The position numbers were made by a program, and so were the translations under genes. Of a stretch of DNA of 64,000 nucleotides, positions 1-9,138 are shown piece by piece. The stretch covers positions 456-64,455 of the forward strand of contig JAZQYD010000079.1 of NCBI GenBank assembly GCA_045633405.1, read 5' to 3'. The notes under the pieces are model-generated. The model searched no databases, had not been told where the DNA came from, and saw only the letters and a list, made by a program, of their open reading frames with translations. Numbering within the stretch: the first letter of the stretch is position 1; every line of letters begins with the position of its first letter. Origin of the DNA: Eubacteriales bacterium. GTDB lineage: Bacteria > Bacillota > Clostridia > Oscillospirales > CAG-272.

Positions 1-26
1 TTTTCTTTGTTGTATTCGAGCGACAT
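1..26 (-). CDS. 5' end of a gene running off the window (MSLEYNKE...), possibly a DUF559/Vsr-like endonuclease domain protein
   Basis: ATG at 26 on the minus strand with a GGAGGA RBS at 31-36. The N-terminus resembles clostridial DUF559 proteins, but only 8 codons are visible. Confidence 0.4.
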
Positions 27-96
27 ATTATCCTCCGTAACATATTAGTTCAAATTGGTTTTGCTTAATGCTTGCATAAATTCTAAGTGCACGCAG

Positions 97-146
97 GCTC
101 CTTCCACCACTTTGTGGTCCCCCTCCCTCTCGGAGGGAGGCTAAGG
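97..146. repeat. REP-like double hairpin
   Basis: ACCAC-TTT-GTGGT (106-118) followed by CCTCCCTC-TCG-GAGGGAGG (122-140). Confidence 0.5.
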
Positions 147-178
147 AGGCGTTTTTTATTCGTAGGGTATTTTGTGTT

Positions 179-913
179 TTACCTCTTCACCTCATTGTAC
201 ATCGCACTTTCCTCAGGGAGGGTGCATTCATACTCATCACCGAACACCGTCTTGAAGAGCACCTTAGCGAAGAGCTTGTGCATATCCTTATTCGGGTGGT
301 TGATTCTGTTAGCGAGAAGCTTCGTGGTATCAGAGGTCTTCGCCATTTCCTTCCACTCCGCATATGCATCGGCGACCTTCACGCCGTGGGCTGTGGCGAC
401 CGCACGTGCGGCATCCATAAAGATATCCATTGTGCCGTTGTTCTGCTTCTCGGCGGTTACACACGAGTAGCCTGCGGCGGGTGCATCGGGGTCGGTGGGA
501 TATGTATTAAGCATATTCGGGGTCATAAATACGCACTCAATCCCCTCCTCGTTCAGGCGTGAGAATATCCCCGCAAGCGAATTTTTAAACTTTTCAAGAT
601 CGCCATTGACGTCATTGAGTCCGAAGCAAACGACAACGAGGTCGGGGTGGTAGGCGAGCACGTCCCTCTCGAGTCTGTCAAGGCCGTTGTGTGCACCCGT
701 AGCACCTATTCCCGAATTGATGGCGTTGACGGGCACGTAGGCACGTATACCCGACACCATTTTAGTAAAGACACGGTGATATACCGCATCGTAGTCAAAC
801 TCACCCGATGAGAACGCACCGTGCGTGACGCTGTCGCCGAGGAATACTATATTGATAGGGCCGTTTTCGCAAAGTCCCTTATAATCAAGCTGTATTTTTT
901 CTCTGATATCCAC
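179..913 (-). CDS. SGNH/GDSL hydrolase family protein
   Basis: LGDSVT, GLND and NHP blocks. GTG start at 913 with a GGAGGA RBS. Confidence 0.85.
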   Translation of the reverse strand: MDIREKIQLDYKGLCENGPINIVFLGDSVTHGAFSSGEFDYDAVYHRVFTKMVSGIRAYVPVNAINSGIGATGAHNGLDRLERDVLAYHPDLVVVCFGLNDVNGDLEKFKNSLAGIFSRLNEEGIECVFMTPNMLNTYPTDPDAPAAGYSCVTAEKQNNGTMDIFMDAARAVATAHGVKVADAYAEWKEMAKTSDTTKLLANRINHPNKDMHKLFAKVLFKTVFGDEYECTLPEESAMYNEVKR

Positions 914-945
914 TCTTATATCCTCCCTAATAGCAAGATAAAAAA

Positions 946-1011
946 AGTATAGCACACCGCCCTGCTTTTTTCAAGTCCCCTATTTACAAAACATCCCGGA
1001 TGTGGTATAAT
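946..1011. promoter_or_regulatory. Back-to-back sigma-A promoters
   Basis: Minus: TTGAAA(974-969)-17-TATACT(951-946), extended -10. Plus: TTTACA(983-988)-17-TATAAT(1006-1011), extended -10. Palindrome ACATCC-C-GGATGT lies in the plus spacer. Confidence 0.65.
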
Positions 1012-1038
1012 TTTTCAAAAAGCAACCGGAGGTTTCAT

Positions 1039-2259
1039 ATGGATATAAGAGAGCTTGGAAAGATACAGTATCGCTCCCATGAATCGATAGGCACGTACGT
1101 GACGAGTGTCATCGGTGTTATAGACGAGAGCATTGAAAGATATAGGGCAGGACTTATCGACGAGGGCTACACCTTAGTCTCCGAGAGGACTGCGGCACGC
1201 AACCGCTTCTACGTATACAAAAAGGGAGATGATGCACTCTTCCTATCCTACTTCCCCGTGCTCTCCGAGGCGAGAGTTATCGAGGAGGAGAGCTCCCTTC
1301 ATTTCTCCTTCGCCGACAAGTGCACAGAGGATACTGTCACCCCCTCCATCACTCAGCTCGACCTCGGTGACTTCGCAATGTGCTACGCCATCCGTATGGC
1401 GGACGGCAGATTTATCGTCATCGATATGGGCTACTATCCCGAGGACGTGGACACCCTCTACAACCTGCTGACCGAGAGAGCGGAGGGAAGAGACATCAGG
1501 ATAGCCGCCTGGATACTCACTCACCCGCACATCGATCACTACCACGGTGTTATGCCCTTCTTGAGAAGGTATAGCGACAAGGTGACTGTCGAGAAGATGC
1601 TCTTCTCCTTCCCTGCCTGTGATCCCGAGGATCTCGTTATGCTCCCCGACCTTGGCGGTCCCAACGACGATATGCACAAGATACCCGAGCTCCGCGAGCT
1701 GATGACCGAGTTAGGTATTCCCGAATTCCGCACTCACACGGGCGTTATCTACAATATAGGCGGTGCCGAGATAGAAATCCTAAACTCCCCCGACGATAAC
1801 CTCTACCCCAACGTGAGAAACAGCAATAACGTCTCCCTCGTCTTCACCTTCACCTACCGCGGACAGAAGATATTCTTCGGCGGAGACTATCAGTTCCAAG
1901 CCGCTCACTGGAGGGGCTACCGCTTCACCGACGTATGGGGCGACTATATCAAGTCGGATATTATGCAGGTGCCTCACCACGGCTTCCACGGCGGAACGAA
2001 GAGGCTCATCGAGGACTGCAATGCTCACACCTATCTTATGCCCTCCTTCGAGGACGACACCTTCGAGAAGATATGCTGTAAGTATGATTTCAACTACCTC
2101 TCCTGGGTACGCCCCGAGACGCTCGATTATTACACGGGCTCGACAGGCAACGTGACTATTAACATCCCCCACGTACCGACCAAGGAAGGACGAGAGAGGC
2201 TGGACGCCCTCCTCGAGAAGTACGGAGTTACCGAGGATAAGATAGTACACCGCTTCTGA
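1039..2259 (+). CDS. MBL-fold metallo-hydrolase (ComEC/Rec2-like catalytic domain) with an extra N-terminal domain
   Basis: THPHIDHYHG, GGD and PHHG motifs. GGAGG RBS before the ATG at 1039. Confidence 0.8.
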   Translation: MDIRELGKIQYRSHESIGTYVTSVIGVIDESIERYRAGLIDEGYTLVSERTAARNRFYVYKKGDDALFLSYFPVLSEARVIEEESSLHFSFADKCTEDTVTPSITQLDLGDFAMCYAIRMADGRFIVIDMGYYPEDVDTLYNLLTERAEGRDIRIAAWILTHPHIDHYHGVMPFLRRYSDKVTVEKMLFSFPACDPEDLVMLPDLGGPNDDMHKIPELRELMTELGIPEFRTHTGVIYNIGGAEIEILNSPDDNLYPNVRNSNNVSLVFTFTYRGQKIFFGGDYQFQAAHWRGYRFTDVWGDYIKSDIMQVPHHGFHGGTKRLIEDCNAHTYLMPSFEDDTFEKICCKYDFNYLSWVRPETLDYYTGSTGNVTINIPHVPTKEGRERLDALLEKYGVTEDKIVHRF

Positions 2260-2389
2260 TATAACTAAAGCCGAAGAGCTTATCGACAGCCCTCGCCACC
2301 ATGGCGGGGCTTAAAAATTTACTTATTATATATTGATATTTTCCATAAAATATGGTAAACTCTCTATATAGAATATATAAGGAGTAATA

Positions 2390-3541
2390 ATGAAAATTAC
2401 AGATACTATAATTAACGTCGGAGTCACCGACAGATTGACCGATCTTTTCGAGGGTCAGTACCTCGTCCCCGACGGCATAAGATACAATTCGTACGTCATC
2501 CGAGGCGAGAAGACAGCGGTCATCGACTCTGTGGATTCGAGATTCTCCGACGAGTGGCTTAACAATATTGAAAGAGAGCTCGGAGGTATTTCCCCTGATT
2601 ATCTCGTTATACAGCACATGGAGCCCGACCACTCGGGCAGTATTGCGGCGTTCACCGAGAAATACAAGGATGCGAAGCTTGTCTCGAGTGCCAAGGCATA
2701 CGTGATGATGAAGAATTTCTACGGCATCATCCCCTCCGAGGGATGGCTGACCGTGGGCGAGGGGGACGTGCTCTCGCTCGGATCGCGTGATCTGACCTTC
2801 GTGACCGCACCCATGGTTCACTGGCCCGAGGTAATAGTGACCTACGATAATCTTGACAAGGTTCTCTTCTCCGCCGACGGCTTCGGTTCATTCGGCACGG
2901 GCGACGCTTCCGAGGCGTGGGATGACGAGGCGAGACGCTACTACATCGGTATAGTTGGTAAGTACGGTCTTCCCGTCACCAACCTTTTAAAGAAGGCATC
3001 CAAGCTCGATATATCCGTAATAGCACCCCTCCACGGCCCCATCCTTACGGGTGACCTCTCGCATTATCTGTCTCTCTACACCGCCTGGGCGAGCTACACT
3101 CCAGAGGATCGTGGAGTAGTGATAGCCTACGCATCCATCTACGGCAACACGAAGAAGGCGGCAGAGGCACTCAGAGACGATCTTACTGCACGCGGCGAGA
3201 AGGTAGCGATCTACGACCTCGCAAGATGTGATAAGCACAAGGCAGTCGCCGATGCATTCAGGTATGACAGACTCGTCCTCGCTGCGGCATCCTACAATGC
3301 GGACGTCTTCCCTCCCATGAGAGAATTTATAAATAAGCTCACCGAGCGTGGATATTGCCGTCGCACTGTGGGTATCATACAGAACGGTAGCTGGGCACCC
3401 TCGGCGGCGAAGGTCATGAGAGCTCTTCTCGAGGGAGCGAAGGACGTCACCTTCACCGAGTGCGAGGTAACCGTAACCTCAGCCCTGACCGATATAACAA
3501 GAGGCGACATCACACGCCTCGCAGACGAATTATGTAAATAA
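2390..3541 (+). CDS. fprA: Flavodiiron protein (type A flavoprotein)
   Basis: HMEPDH, HWPE and SADGFG diiron motifs plus a flavodoxin domain (YASIYGNT). Confidence 0.92.
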   Translation: MKITDTIINVGVTDRLTDLFEGQYLVPDGIRYNSYVIRGEKTAVIDSVDSRFSDEWLNNIERELGGISPDYLVIQHMEPDHSGSIAAFTEKYKDAKLVSSAKAYVMMKNFYGIIPSEGWLTVGEGDVLSLGSRDLTFVTAPMVHWPEVIVTYDNLDKVLFSADGFGSFGTGDASEAWDDEARRYYIGIVGKYGLPVTNLLKKASKLDISVIAPLHGPILTGDLSHYLSLYTAWASYTPEDRGVVIAYASIYGNTKKAAEALRDDLTARGEKVAIYDLARCDKHKAVADAFRYDRLVLAAASYNADVFPPMREFINKLTERGYCRRTVGIIQNGSWAPSAAKVMRALLEGAKDVTFTECEVTVTSALTDITRGDITRLADELCK

Positions 3542-3587
3542 GAGTTGTCATTTTGACAGCAAATTACCTAGAAAAAGGAGAAGAATT

Positions 3588-3746
3588 ATGAAAAAGTACG
3601 TATGTGACGCTTGCGGATGGGAGTACGACGAGGAGGTCGGATATCCCGAGGGAGGCATTGCTCCCGGCACTAAGTTTGAGGATCTTCCCGATGATTTCGG
3701 GTGTCCCCTCTGCGGAGTAGGTAAGGACACCTTCAGCGAGGCATAA
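3588..3746 (+). CDS. Rubredoxin, 52 aa (not in the ORF track)
   Basis: Translated by hand: [52 protein letters not shown], two CxxC motifs, AAGGAG RBS. Confidence 0.95.
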   Translation: MKKYVCDACGWEYDEEVGYPEGGIAPGTKFEDLPDDFGCPLCGVGKDTFSEA

Positions 3747-3831
3747 GATCAAAGGCACGGGCGGTCACCCATGGGTAAAGCACCGCCCCAAACAAGTATT
3801 TTCAGTTACCAAGAAAGGTTAACAGCATCCT

Positions 3832-4587
3832 ATGGAAATTGTCTTTCTGACAGCTCTTGGCGTAGGAGGAGCCACCGTCATCGGTGCTCTTATCGGCTTC
3901 CTCTCACGCTCCATCTCACATAAATATTCCGATATAGTCCTTTCATTCGCTGCGGGAGTTATGCTCTCTGCGGCGGTTATAGGACTCATCCTCCCCTCCA
4001 TCGAGTACGGAGGAGAATACGGCATTCTCGTGACCGTTGCAGGCATCTTCGTAGGTGCGACGGCACTCAGCTTAGTAGATAAGCTTGTCCCCCACCTCCA
4101 CGTTATTGCAGGAGCAGACAAATCAGAGGATCACAACAACCACAAGCTCGACCGTGTCCTCCTCTTCGTCCTCGCAATAGCGATACATAATCTCCCCGAG
4201 GGACTTGCGGCAGGAGTCGGCTTCGGCTCGGGCAACACCGCCCACGCTCTTCTCATCGCAGGAGGCATCGCACTCCAGAATATTCCCGAGGGCATGGTCA
4301 TAATCGGCCCGATGCTTGCGGCGGGAGTTAAGCCGAGAAGAACCTTCCTCATCGCCGCCTTTACGGGTGTGGTAGAGGTTGTCGGAACGCTTATCGGATA
4401 TTTCGCTGTCACGATTTCCACGGCAGTGCTTCCCTTCGCTCTCGCATTTGCAGGAGGCACGATGCTCTACGTTGTCTCCGACGAGATCATCCCCGAGACA
4501 CACGCACACGGACATCAGAGAGGTGCAACGCACGCACTGCTTATCGGCTTCTGTCTTATGCTGGTATCCGACCTTCTTCTTGGATAA
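3832..4587 (+). CDS. ZIP family (ZupT/GufA) metal transporter
   Basis: HNLPEG and QNIPEG motifs, about 8 TM helices, His-rich loop. Confidence 0.9.
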   Translation: MEIVFLTALGVGGATVIGALIGFLSRSISHKYSDIVLSFAAGVMLSAAVIGLILPSIEYGGEYGILVTVAGIFVGATALSLVDKLVPHLHVIAGADKSEDHNNHKLDRVLLFVLAIAIHNLPEGLAAGVGFGSGNTAHALLIAGGIALQNIPEGMVIIGPMLAAGVKPRRTFLIAAFTGVVEVVGTLIGYFAVTISTAVLPFALAFAGGTMLYVVSDEIIPETHAHGHQRGATHALLIGFCLMLVSDLLLG

Positions 4588-4591
4588 TTTT

Positions 4592-4650
4592 CCCCCACCG
4601 CCTGTGATCTGCCCGATGAGCGAATTACAAAACGGTGGGGCTTCTTTTTT
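4592..4650 (+). terminator. Intrinsic terminator with a long structured loop
   Basis: CCCCACCG...CGGTGGGG followed by CTTCTTTTTT. Confidence 0.6.
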
Positions 4651-4658
4651 AAAGTCCC

Positions 4659-4687
4659 TTGACTATATATTTTAAAATTGCTATAAT
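4659..4687 (+). promoter_or_regulatory. sigma-A promoter of the ABC operon
   Basis: TTGACT-17-TATAAT with a TG extension. Confidence 0.75.
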
Positions 4688-4730
4688 TATTGTATGATAA
4701 ACGTATTTTACCGAAATGAGGTGAACACTT

Positions 4731-5621
4731 TTGGAAAAGAATAGTCTCAAGGCGTGGCTGTATCTTCTGCCGGCTATAATATTTCTCGGTGTATTTCTTG
4801 TATACCCCCTGATCGACGTTCTCATATATTCCTTCGAGGAGGGCTTCAACTTCGCCGCCCAGGACTTTATGGGATACGGAACGTATAATTATTCCTACGT
4901 CCTTCGTGATCCTTATTTCATTGCGGCACTCAGAAACACCCTGATACTCGTATTTATCACGGTTCCCGTTTCCACAGCACTCTCGCTCTTCATCTCCTTG
5001 GCTCTCTCTTCCATCAAGAAGCTGAGAAACCTCTTCCAGACGATCTTCTTCCTTCCTTACGTTACCAACACCCTCGCTGTCGGACTTGTATTCATGATAC
5101 TCTTCAAGCCGACTATATACAACGACGGTCTTGTAAATATGGTGCTCAACCTCTTCGGCCTCGAGACGGTCGACTTCATTGAAGGCCCGTATTGGGCTAA
5201 GATGCTCGTCCTCTGCCTCTACACCGTGTGGGTGGTAATGCCCTTCAAGATACTCATCTTCACAAGTGCTATTGCATCCGTGCCTAAGACCTATTATGAG
5301 GCCGCACTCATCGACGGCACGTCGAAGAAGAGAATGTTCACGAGAATCACCCTCCCGATGATCTCCCCCTCGATATTCTATCTGGTTATCACGGGCTTCA
5401 TCGGTGCATTCAAGGCTTACAGTGACGCGGTAGCCCTATTCGGCTCGAACCTGAATGCGAGCAACATGAACACCCTCGTCGGATACGTTTACGACATGCT
5501 CTACGGAGAGGGAGGCGGATATCCGTCATTCGCATCTGCGGCGGCGATCATCCTCTTCTCCATAATCCTGACTATTACCTGCATCAACCTCATTGTGAGC
5601 AAGAAGCGTGTGCATTACTAA
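4731..5621 (+). CDS. CUT1-type ABC transporter permease (MalF/UgpA-like)
   Basis: EAA loop YYEAALIDG, about 6 TM helices, TTG start with a GAGGTG RBS. Confidence 0.9.
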   Translation: MEKNSLKAWLYLLPAIIFLGVFLVYPLIDVLIYSFEEGFNFAAQDFMGYGTYNYSYVLRDPYFIAALRNTLILVFITVPVSTALSLFISLALSSIKKLRNLFQTIFFLPYVTNTLAVGLVFMILFKPTIYNDGLVNMVLNLFGLETVDFIEGPYWAKMLVLCLYTVWVVMPFKILIFTSAIASVPKTYYEAALIDGTSKKRMFTRITLPMISPSIFYLVITGFIGAFKAYSDAVALFGSNLNASNMNTLVGYVYDMLYGEGGGYPSFASAAAIILFSIILTITCINLIVSKKRVHY

Positions 5622-5630
5622 GGAGGTACA

Positions 5631-6503
5631 ATGACAGATCTTACTAAAAAGAACGCCTTAAAGAAGGAGAGGTCGGGAAATGTCGCCCTCCGAGTCCTGG
5701 TTTACGGCTTGCTTATCATATGGGCTCTTGCGGTGCTTTTCCCCTTCTACTGGATGATAATCTCATCCTTCAAGGGATATCTTGACTACGCCGCCGAGGA
5801 GACTCCGAAGCTCCTCCCTGTTTCGCCCACTCTCAAGAACTATAAAACCGCCTTTACAGAGGCACCCCTTCTCGACTATTTTCTCAATACGATCATCTTC
5901 ACCGTGATTACTACGGCGATAATGCTCATAGTTATCGTGCCCGCCGCGTTCGCATTTGCAAGGCTGCAGTTCCGAGGCAAGAACGTGCTCTTCGTCGTCT
6001 TTCTGTCTCTTATGATGATCCCCTCGGAGCTCGTTGTCATCACGAACTTCGTCACGATAACCAAGCTCGACCTACGTAACACCTTCACGGGACTTATTCT
6101 CCCGTCCATAACCTCGGTTTTCTATATTTATCTACTGAAGGAAAACTTCCAGCAGATACCGAACGAGCTCTACTACGCCGCCAAGGTGGACGGAACGAGC
6201 GACTTCAAATATATGATGAAGGTCATGCTCCCCATCTGTAAGCCCACCGTTGTAACCATAACGATACTCAAGGTCATCGAGTGCTGGAACTCTTACGTAT
6301 GGCCGAGGCTTATCACCGACGATGAGAAATACTTCCTCGTCTCGAACGGTATACAAAAGATACGTGAGTACGGTCTCGGAAGAGATAATATTCCCGCTAT
6401 GATGGCGACCGTAGTCGTAGTGTCGGTACCGCTCATCGTCCTCTTCCTCATCTTCAGAAAGAAGATCATCGCAGGAGTTGCTAGAGGAGGTACTAAGGGA
6501 TGA
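5631..6503 (+). CDS. CUT1-type ABC transporter permease (MalG/UgpE-like)
   Basis: ELYYAAKVDG loop, AFAFARLQFRG, WNSYVWP. Confidence 0.9.
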   Translation: MTDLTKKNALKKERSGNVALRVLVYGLLIIWALAVLFPFYWMIISSFKGYLDYAAEETPKLLPVSPTLKNYKTAFTEAPLLDYFLNTIIFTVITTAIMLIVIVPAAFAFARLQFRGKNVLFVVFLSLMMIPSELVVITNFVTITKLDLRNTFTGLILPSITSVFYIYLLKENFQQIPNELYYAAKVDGTSDFKYMMKVMLPICKPTVVTITILKVIECWNSYVWPRLITDDEKYFLVSNGIQKIREYGLGRDNIPAMMATVVVVSVPLIVLFLIFRKKIIAGVARGGTKG

Positions 6504-8161
6504 GAAGGCTTTTATCGACCCTCGTTCTTCTCTCCATCGTTCTCTCATCATTGTTAGTCTTCACCTCCTGCCACGGTGTGAAGGACTACGATGCCTTCAC
6601 GGTGCCCGATACCTTTGATGAGAACAAGGAATACGAGATCGTATTCTGGGCGAAGAATGAGAAGAACATCAAGCAGACACGTGTATATCAGGAGGCTATC
6701 GAGGAATTTGAAAAGATATACCCGAATATTCACGTAACTCTCAAGCTGTATTCCGACTACAAGGTCATATACAGAGACGTAATAACCAATATTCCGACCA
6801 AGACGACACCCAACGTCTGCATCACCTATCCCGACCACGTAGCGACCTACCTGACGGGAAGCAACAGAATAGTCCCTCTCGACGAATTGATGTACGATGA
6901 GAAATACGGACTCGGAGGCAGTGAAATACGCTTCGATGCTCCCACACCCGAGGAGATGGTGCCCGAGTTTCTCAGTGAGGGTATTGTTAACGGTAAGCAG
7001 CACGCTATCCCCTTCATGAGATCGACCGAGGCTCTCTACTACAACAAGAGCTACGTCGAGGCTCTCGGCTTCGAGATACCCGAGGTCATAACGTGGGACT
7101 TCGTCTTCGAGGTTTCGGAGGCGGCACTTGCCAAGGATGAGGACGGAAATTACCTTGTCAACGGACAGAACAAGCTGATCCCCTTCATCTACAAGTCGAC
7201 CGACAATATGATGATACAGCTCCTCAAGCAATACGGAGGAGAGTACTGTAACGAGGACGGCGAAATCCTCCTCTTCAACGACACAACAAAATCTATCCTT
7301 CACACTGTTGCAGAGCACGCAGATACGGGTGCATTCTCCACCTTCGCACGAGTCAGCTACCCTGCCGACCTTCTAAACCGCGGTCAGTGCATCTTCGCTA
7401 TCGACTCGACCGCAGGCTCGGTCTGGATGGGCAGAGACGGCCCTCTCTCGACGGTAGGTGACGATGAGGCGATCGATTTCGAGCTCGGTATATCGCCAAT
7501 TCCTCAGCTCACCGAGACCTCCGAGCCCGTGATGATATCCCAGGGTCCGTCGATCTGTATTTTCAACAAGGAGTCGCAGGACGAGGTCATCGCATCCTGG
7601 ATATTCGTTCAGTTCCTCCTCACCAACGAGGTGCAGATAGCTTACTCGCAGACCGAGGGATACGTCCCCGTAACGAAGAAGGCACAAGAGAGTGACGAGT
7701 ATCAGGATTATCTCTCACGTGCAGGCGAGCTTGACGATAACGGTGACAACTACCTCTACTACGCTCCTAAGATCGAGGTATCGAAGCTTCTTCTCGAGAA
7801 CACCGAGCACACCTTTATCACCCCCGTCTTCAATGGCTCGGCATCCGTCCGAATGGCTGCAGGCGAGATGATCGAGGAGGTAGTCAAGGCGGCGAATATG
7901 AAGCCGAAGAAGACGGTTGACGATGCGTTCATCGACGAGCTTTATAAAAAGGTGACGTCGCTCTACCGACTCGACAGCTTTACCGAACTCTCTATGATAA
8001 ACGAGGACAAGCCTCTTCCGACTGTTTCGCTCCTTCTTATCATATCACTCTCGGTGATATGGGTTGTCCTAGGCTCGTACTTCATCGTCACACGTATAAG
8101 AGAGAATCATAAAGAAAAAAGAAGTGACATTGACTTGACAAATACTAAAAAAAGTGTATAA
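6500..8161 (+). CDS. Extracellular solute-binding lipoprotein with an additional C-terminal TM helix
   Basis: Lipobox FTSC, family 1 SBP-like IPFMRSTEALYYNK, hydrophobic helix plus basic tail at the C-terminus. Confidence 0.85.
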   Translation: MRRLLSTLVLLSIVLSSLLVFTSCHGVKDYDAFTVPDTFDENKEYEIVFWAKNEKNIKQTRVYQEAIEEFEKIYPNIHVTLKLYSDYKVIYRDVITNIPTKTTPNVCITYPDHVATYLTGSNRIVPLDELMYDEKYGLGGSEIRFDAPTPEEMVPEFLSEGIVNGKQHAIPFMRSTEALYYNKSYVEALGFEIPEVITWDFVFEVSEAALAKDEDGNYLVNGQNKLIPFIYKSTDNMMIQLLKQYGGEYCNEDGEILLFNDTTKSILHTVAEHADTGAFSTFARVSYPADLLNRGQCIFAIDSTAGSVWMGRDGPLSTVGDDEAIDFELGISPIPQLTETSEPVMISQGPSICIFNKESQDEVIASWIFVQFLLTNEVQIAYSQTEGYVPVTKKAQESDEYQDYLSRAGELDDNGDNYLYYAPKIEVSKLLLENTEHTFITPVFNGSASVRMAAGEMIEEVVKAANMKPKKTVDDAFIDELYKKVTSLYRLDSFTELSMINEDKPLPTVSLLLIISLSVIWVVLGSYFIVTRIRENHKEKRSDIDLTNTKKSV

Positions 8162-8162
8162 T
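8135..8162 (+). promoter_or_regulatory. sigma-A promoter inside the 3' end of the SBP gene
   Basis: TTGACA-16-TATAAT, about 50 nt upstream of the ATG at 8213. Confidence 0.6.
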
Positions 8163-8212
8163 TATACTTGTGCTACGGCATAAAGAATATCTTTCCAAAA
8201 AGGAGAAGTAAA

Positions 8213-8977
8213 ATGAAAAAGTTATTGGCTTTCGTTTTAATTATTGCTTGCATGCTTTCTATCGTTGCATGTGGCAAGGACGACGATGAAAATGCTACTG
8301 TGGATCCCAACAAAAAGTCTGAGGGTACCTTGACATATGCTGAGTATATGAGCACTGAGAAGGGTACTGAGGTTACCATCGAGGCATTTGTTCAGGCTAA
8401 GCAGGGCTGGTGGGACAACAAGGCTACCATCTACCTTCAGGACGGCACCGGCGGATATCTTGCATATAACGCTGCATGTACCGAGGAGCTCTACAACAAG
8501 CTCGCCGAGGGAACCAAGGTTAAGGTTACCGGTATGAAGGACGAGTGGAAGGGTCTTATTGAGATCGCTCCCGGTGCTACTATCGAGATCATCGAGGGTG
8601 ACACGTATATCGCTCCCGCATTTGATGCTACGTCGCTTCTCGGCAAGGATGAGATCATCAACAAGCAGAATATGAAGGTTGCGTTCAAGGGTCTTACCGT
8701 TGCAGCTAAGGTTGACGGCGACGGTGTAGAGCACGCATTCTTCTACAACTGGGATAACTCCGGCGACGGCGAGGGCGACAGCGACCTTTACTTCGACCTC
8801 ACCGACGGCGAGAACGTTTATACATTCGTTATCGAGTACTACCTCACCGGTCCCGACTCCGACGCTTACAAGGCTGTTCAGGCTCTTAAGGTTGGCGACG
8901 TTGTCGACGTCGAGGGCTTCCTTTACTGGTACGAGGGTGCTCAGCCTCACGTTACCTCTGTTAAGGCAGCAGGCTAA
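8213..8977 (+). CDS. Lipoprotein with two OB-fold-like (YhcR-type) repeats
   Basis: Lipobox IVAC. IYLQDGTGG...GTKVKVTG...EI and LKVGDVVDVEG patterns. AAGGAG RBS. Confidence 0.65.
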   Translation: MKKLLAFVLIIACMLSIVACGKDDDENATVDPNKKSEGTLTYAEYMSTEKGTEVTIEAFVQAKQGWWDNKATIYLQDGTGGYLAYNAACTEELYNKLAEGTKVKVTGMKDEWKGLIEIAPGATIEIIEGDTYIAPAFDATSLLGKDEIINKQNMKVAFKGLTVAAKVDGDGVEHAFFYNWDNSGDGEGDSDLYFDLTDGENVYTFVIEYYLTGPDSDAYKAVQALKVGDVVDVEGFLYWYEGAQPHVTSVKAAG

Positions 8978-8990
8978 CTTGTATATTTTC

Positions 8991-9023
8991 AAAGAGGAGA
9001 TGCATATCGCATCTCCTCTTTTT
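8991..9023 (+). terminator. Intrinsic terminator
   Basis: AAAGAGGAGATGC-loop-GCATCTCCTCTTTTT. Confidence 0.85.
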
Positions 9024-9138
9024 CTCGCCTTCTGCAAGTTATAAATATAAATTTTATCTCCCCACCGAGGCTTTTCACTTGACTTTTTTCCTTCTAAATG
9101 ATAATATATATGTACAGTAAATAATGCGAGGAATAAAT

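Noticed and set aside
1039-2259. ComEC or a beta-lactamase
   Set aside because: No membrane competence domain or signal peptide. Only the generic MBL fold is supported.
4592-4650. SECIS or riboswitch in a long hairpin
   Set aside because: No in-frame UGA nearby. It follows a stop codon and precedes a separate promoter, so a terminator explains it.
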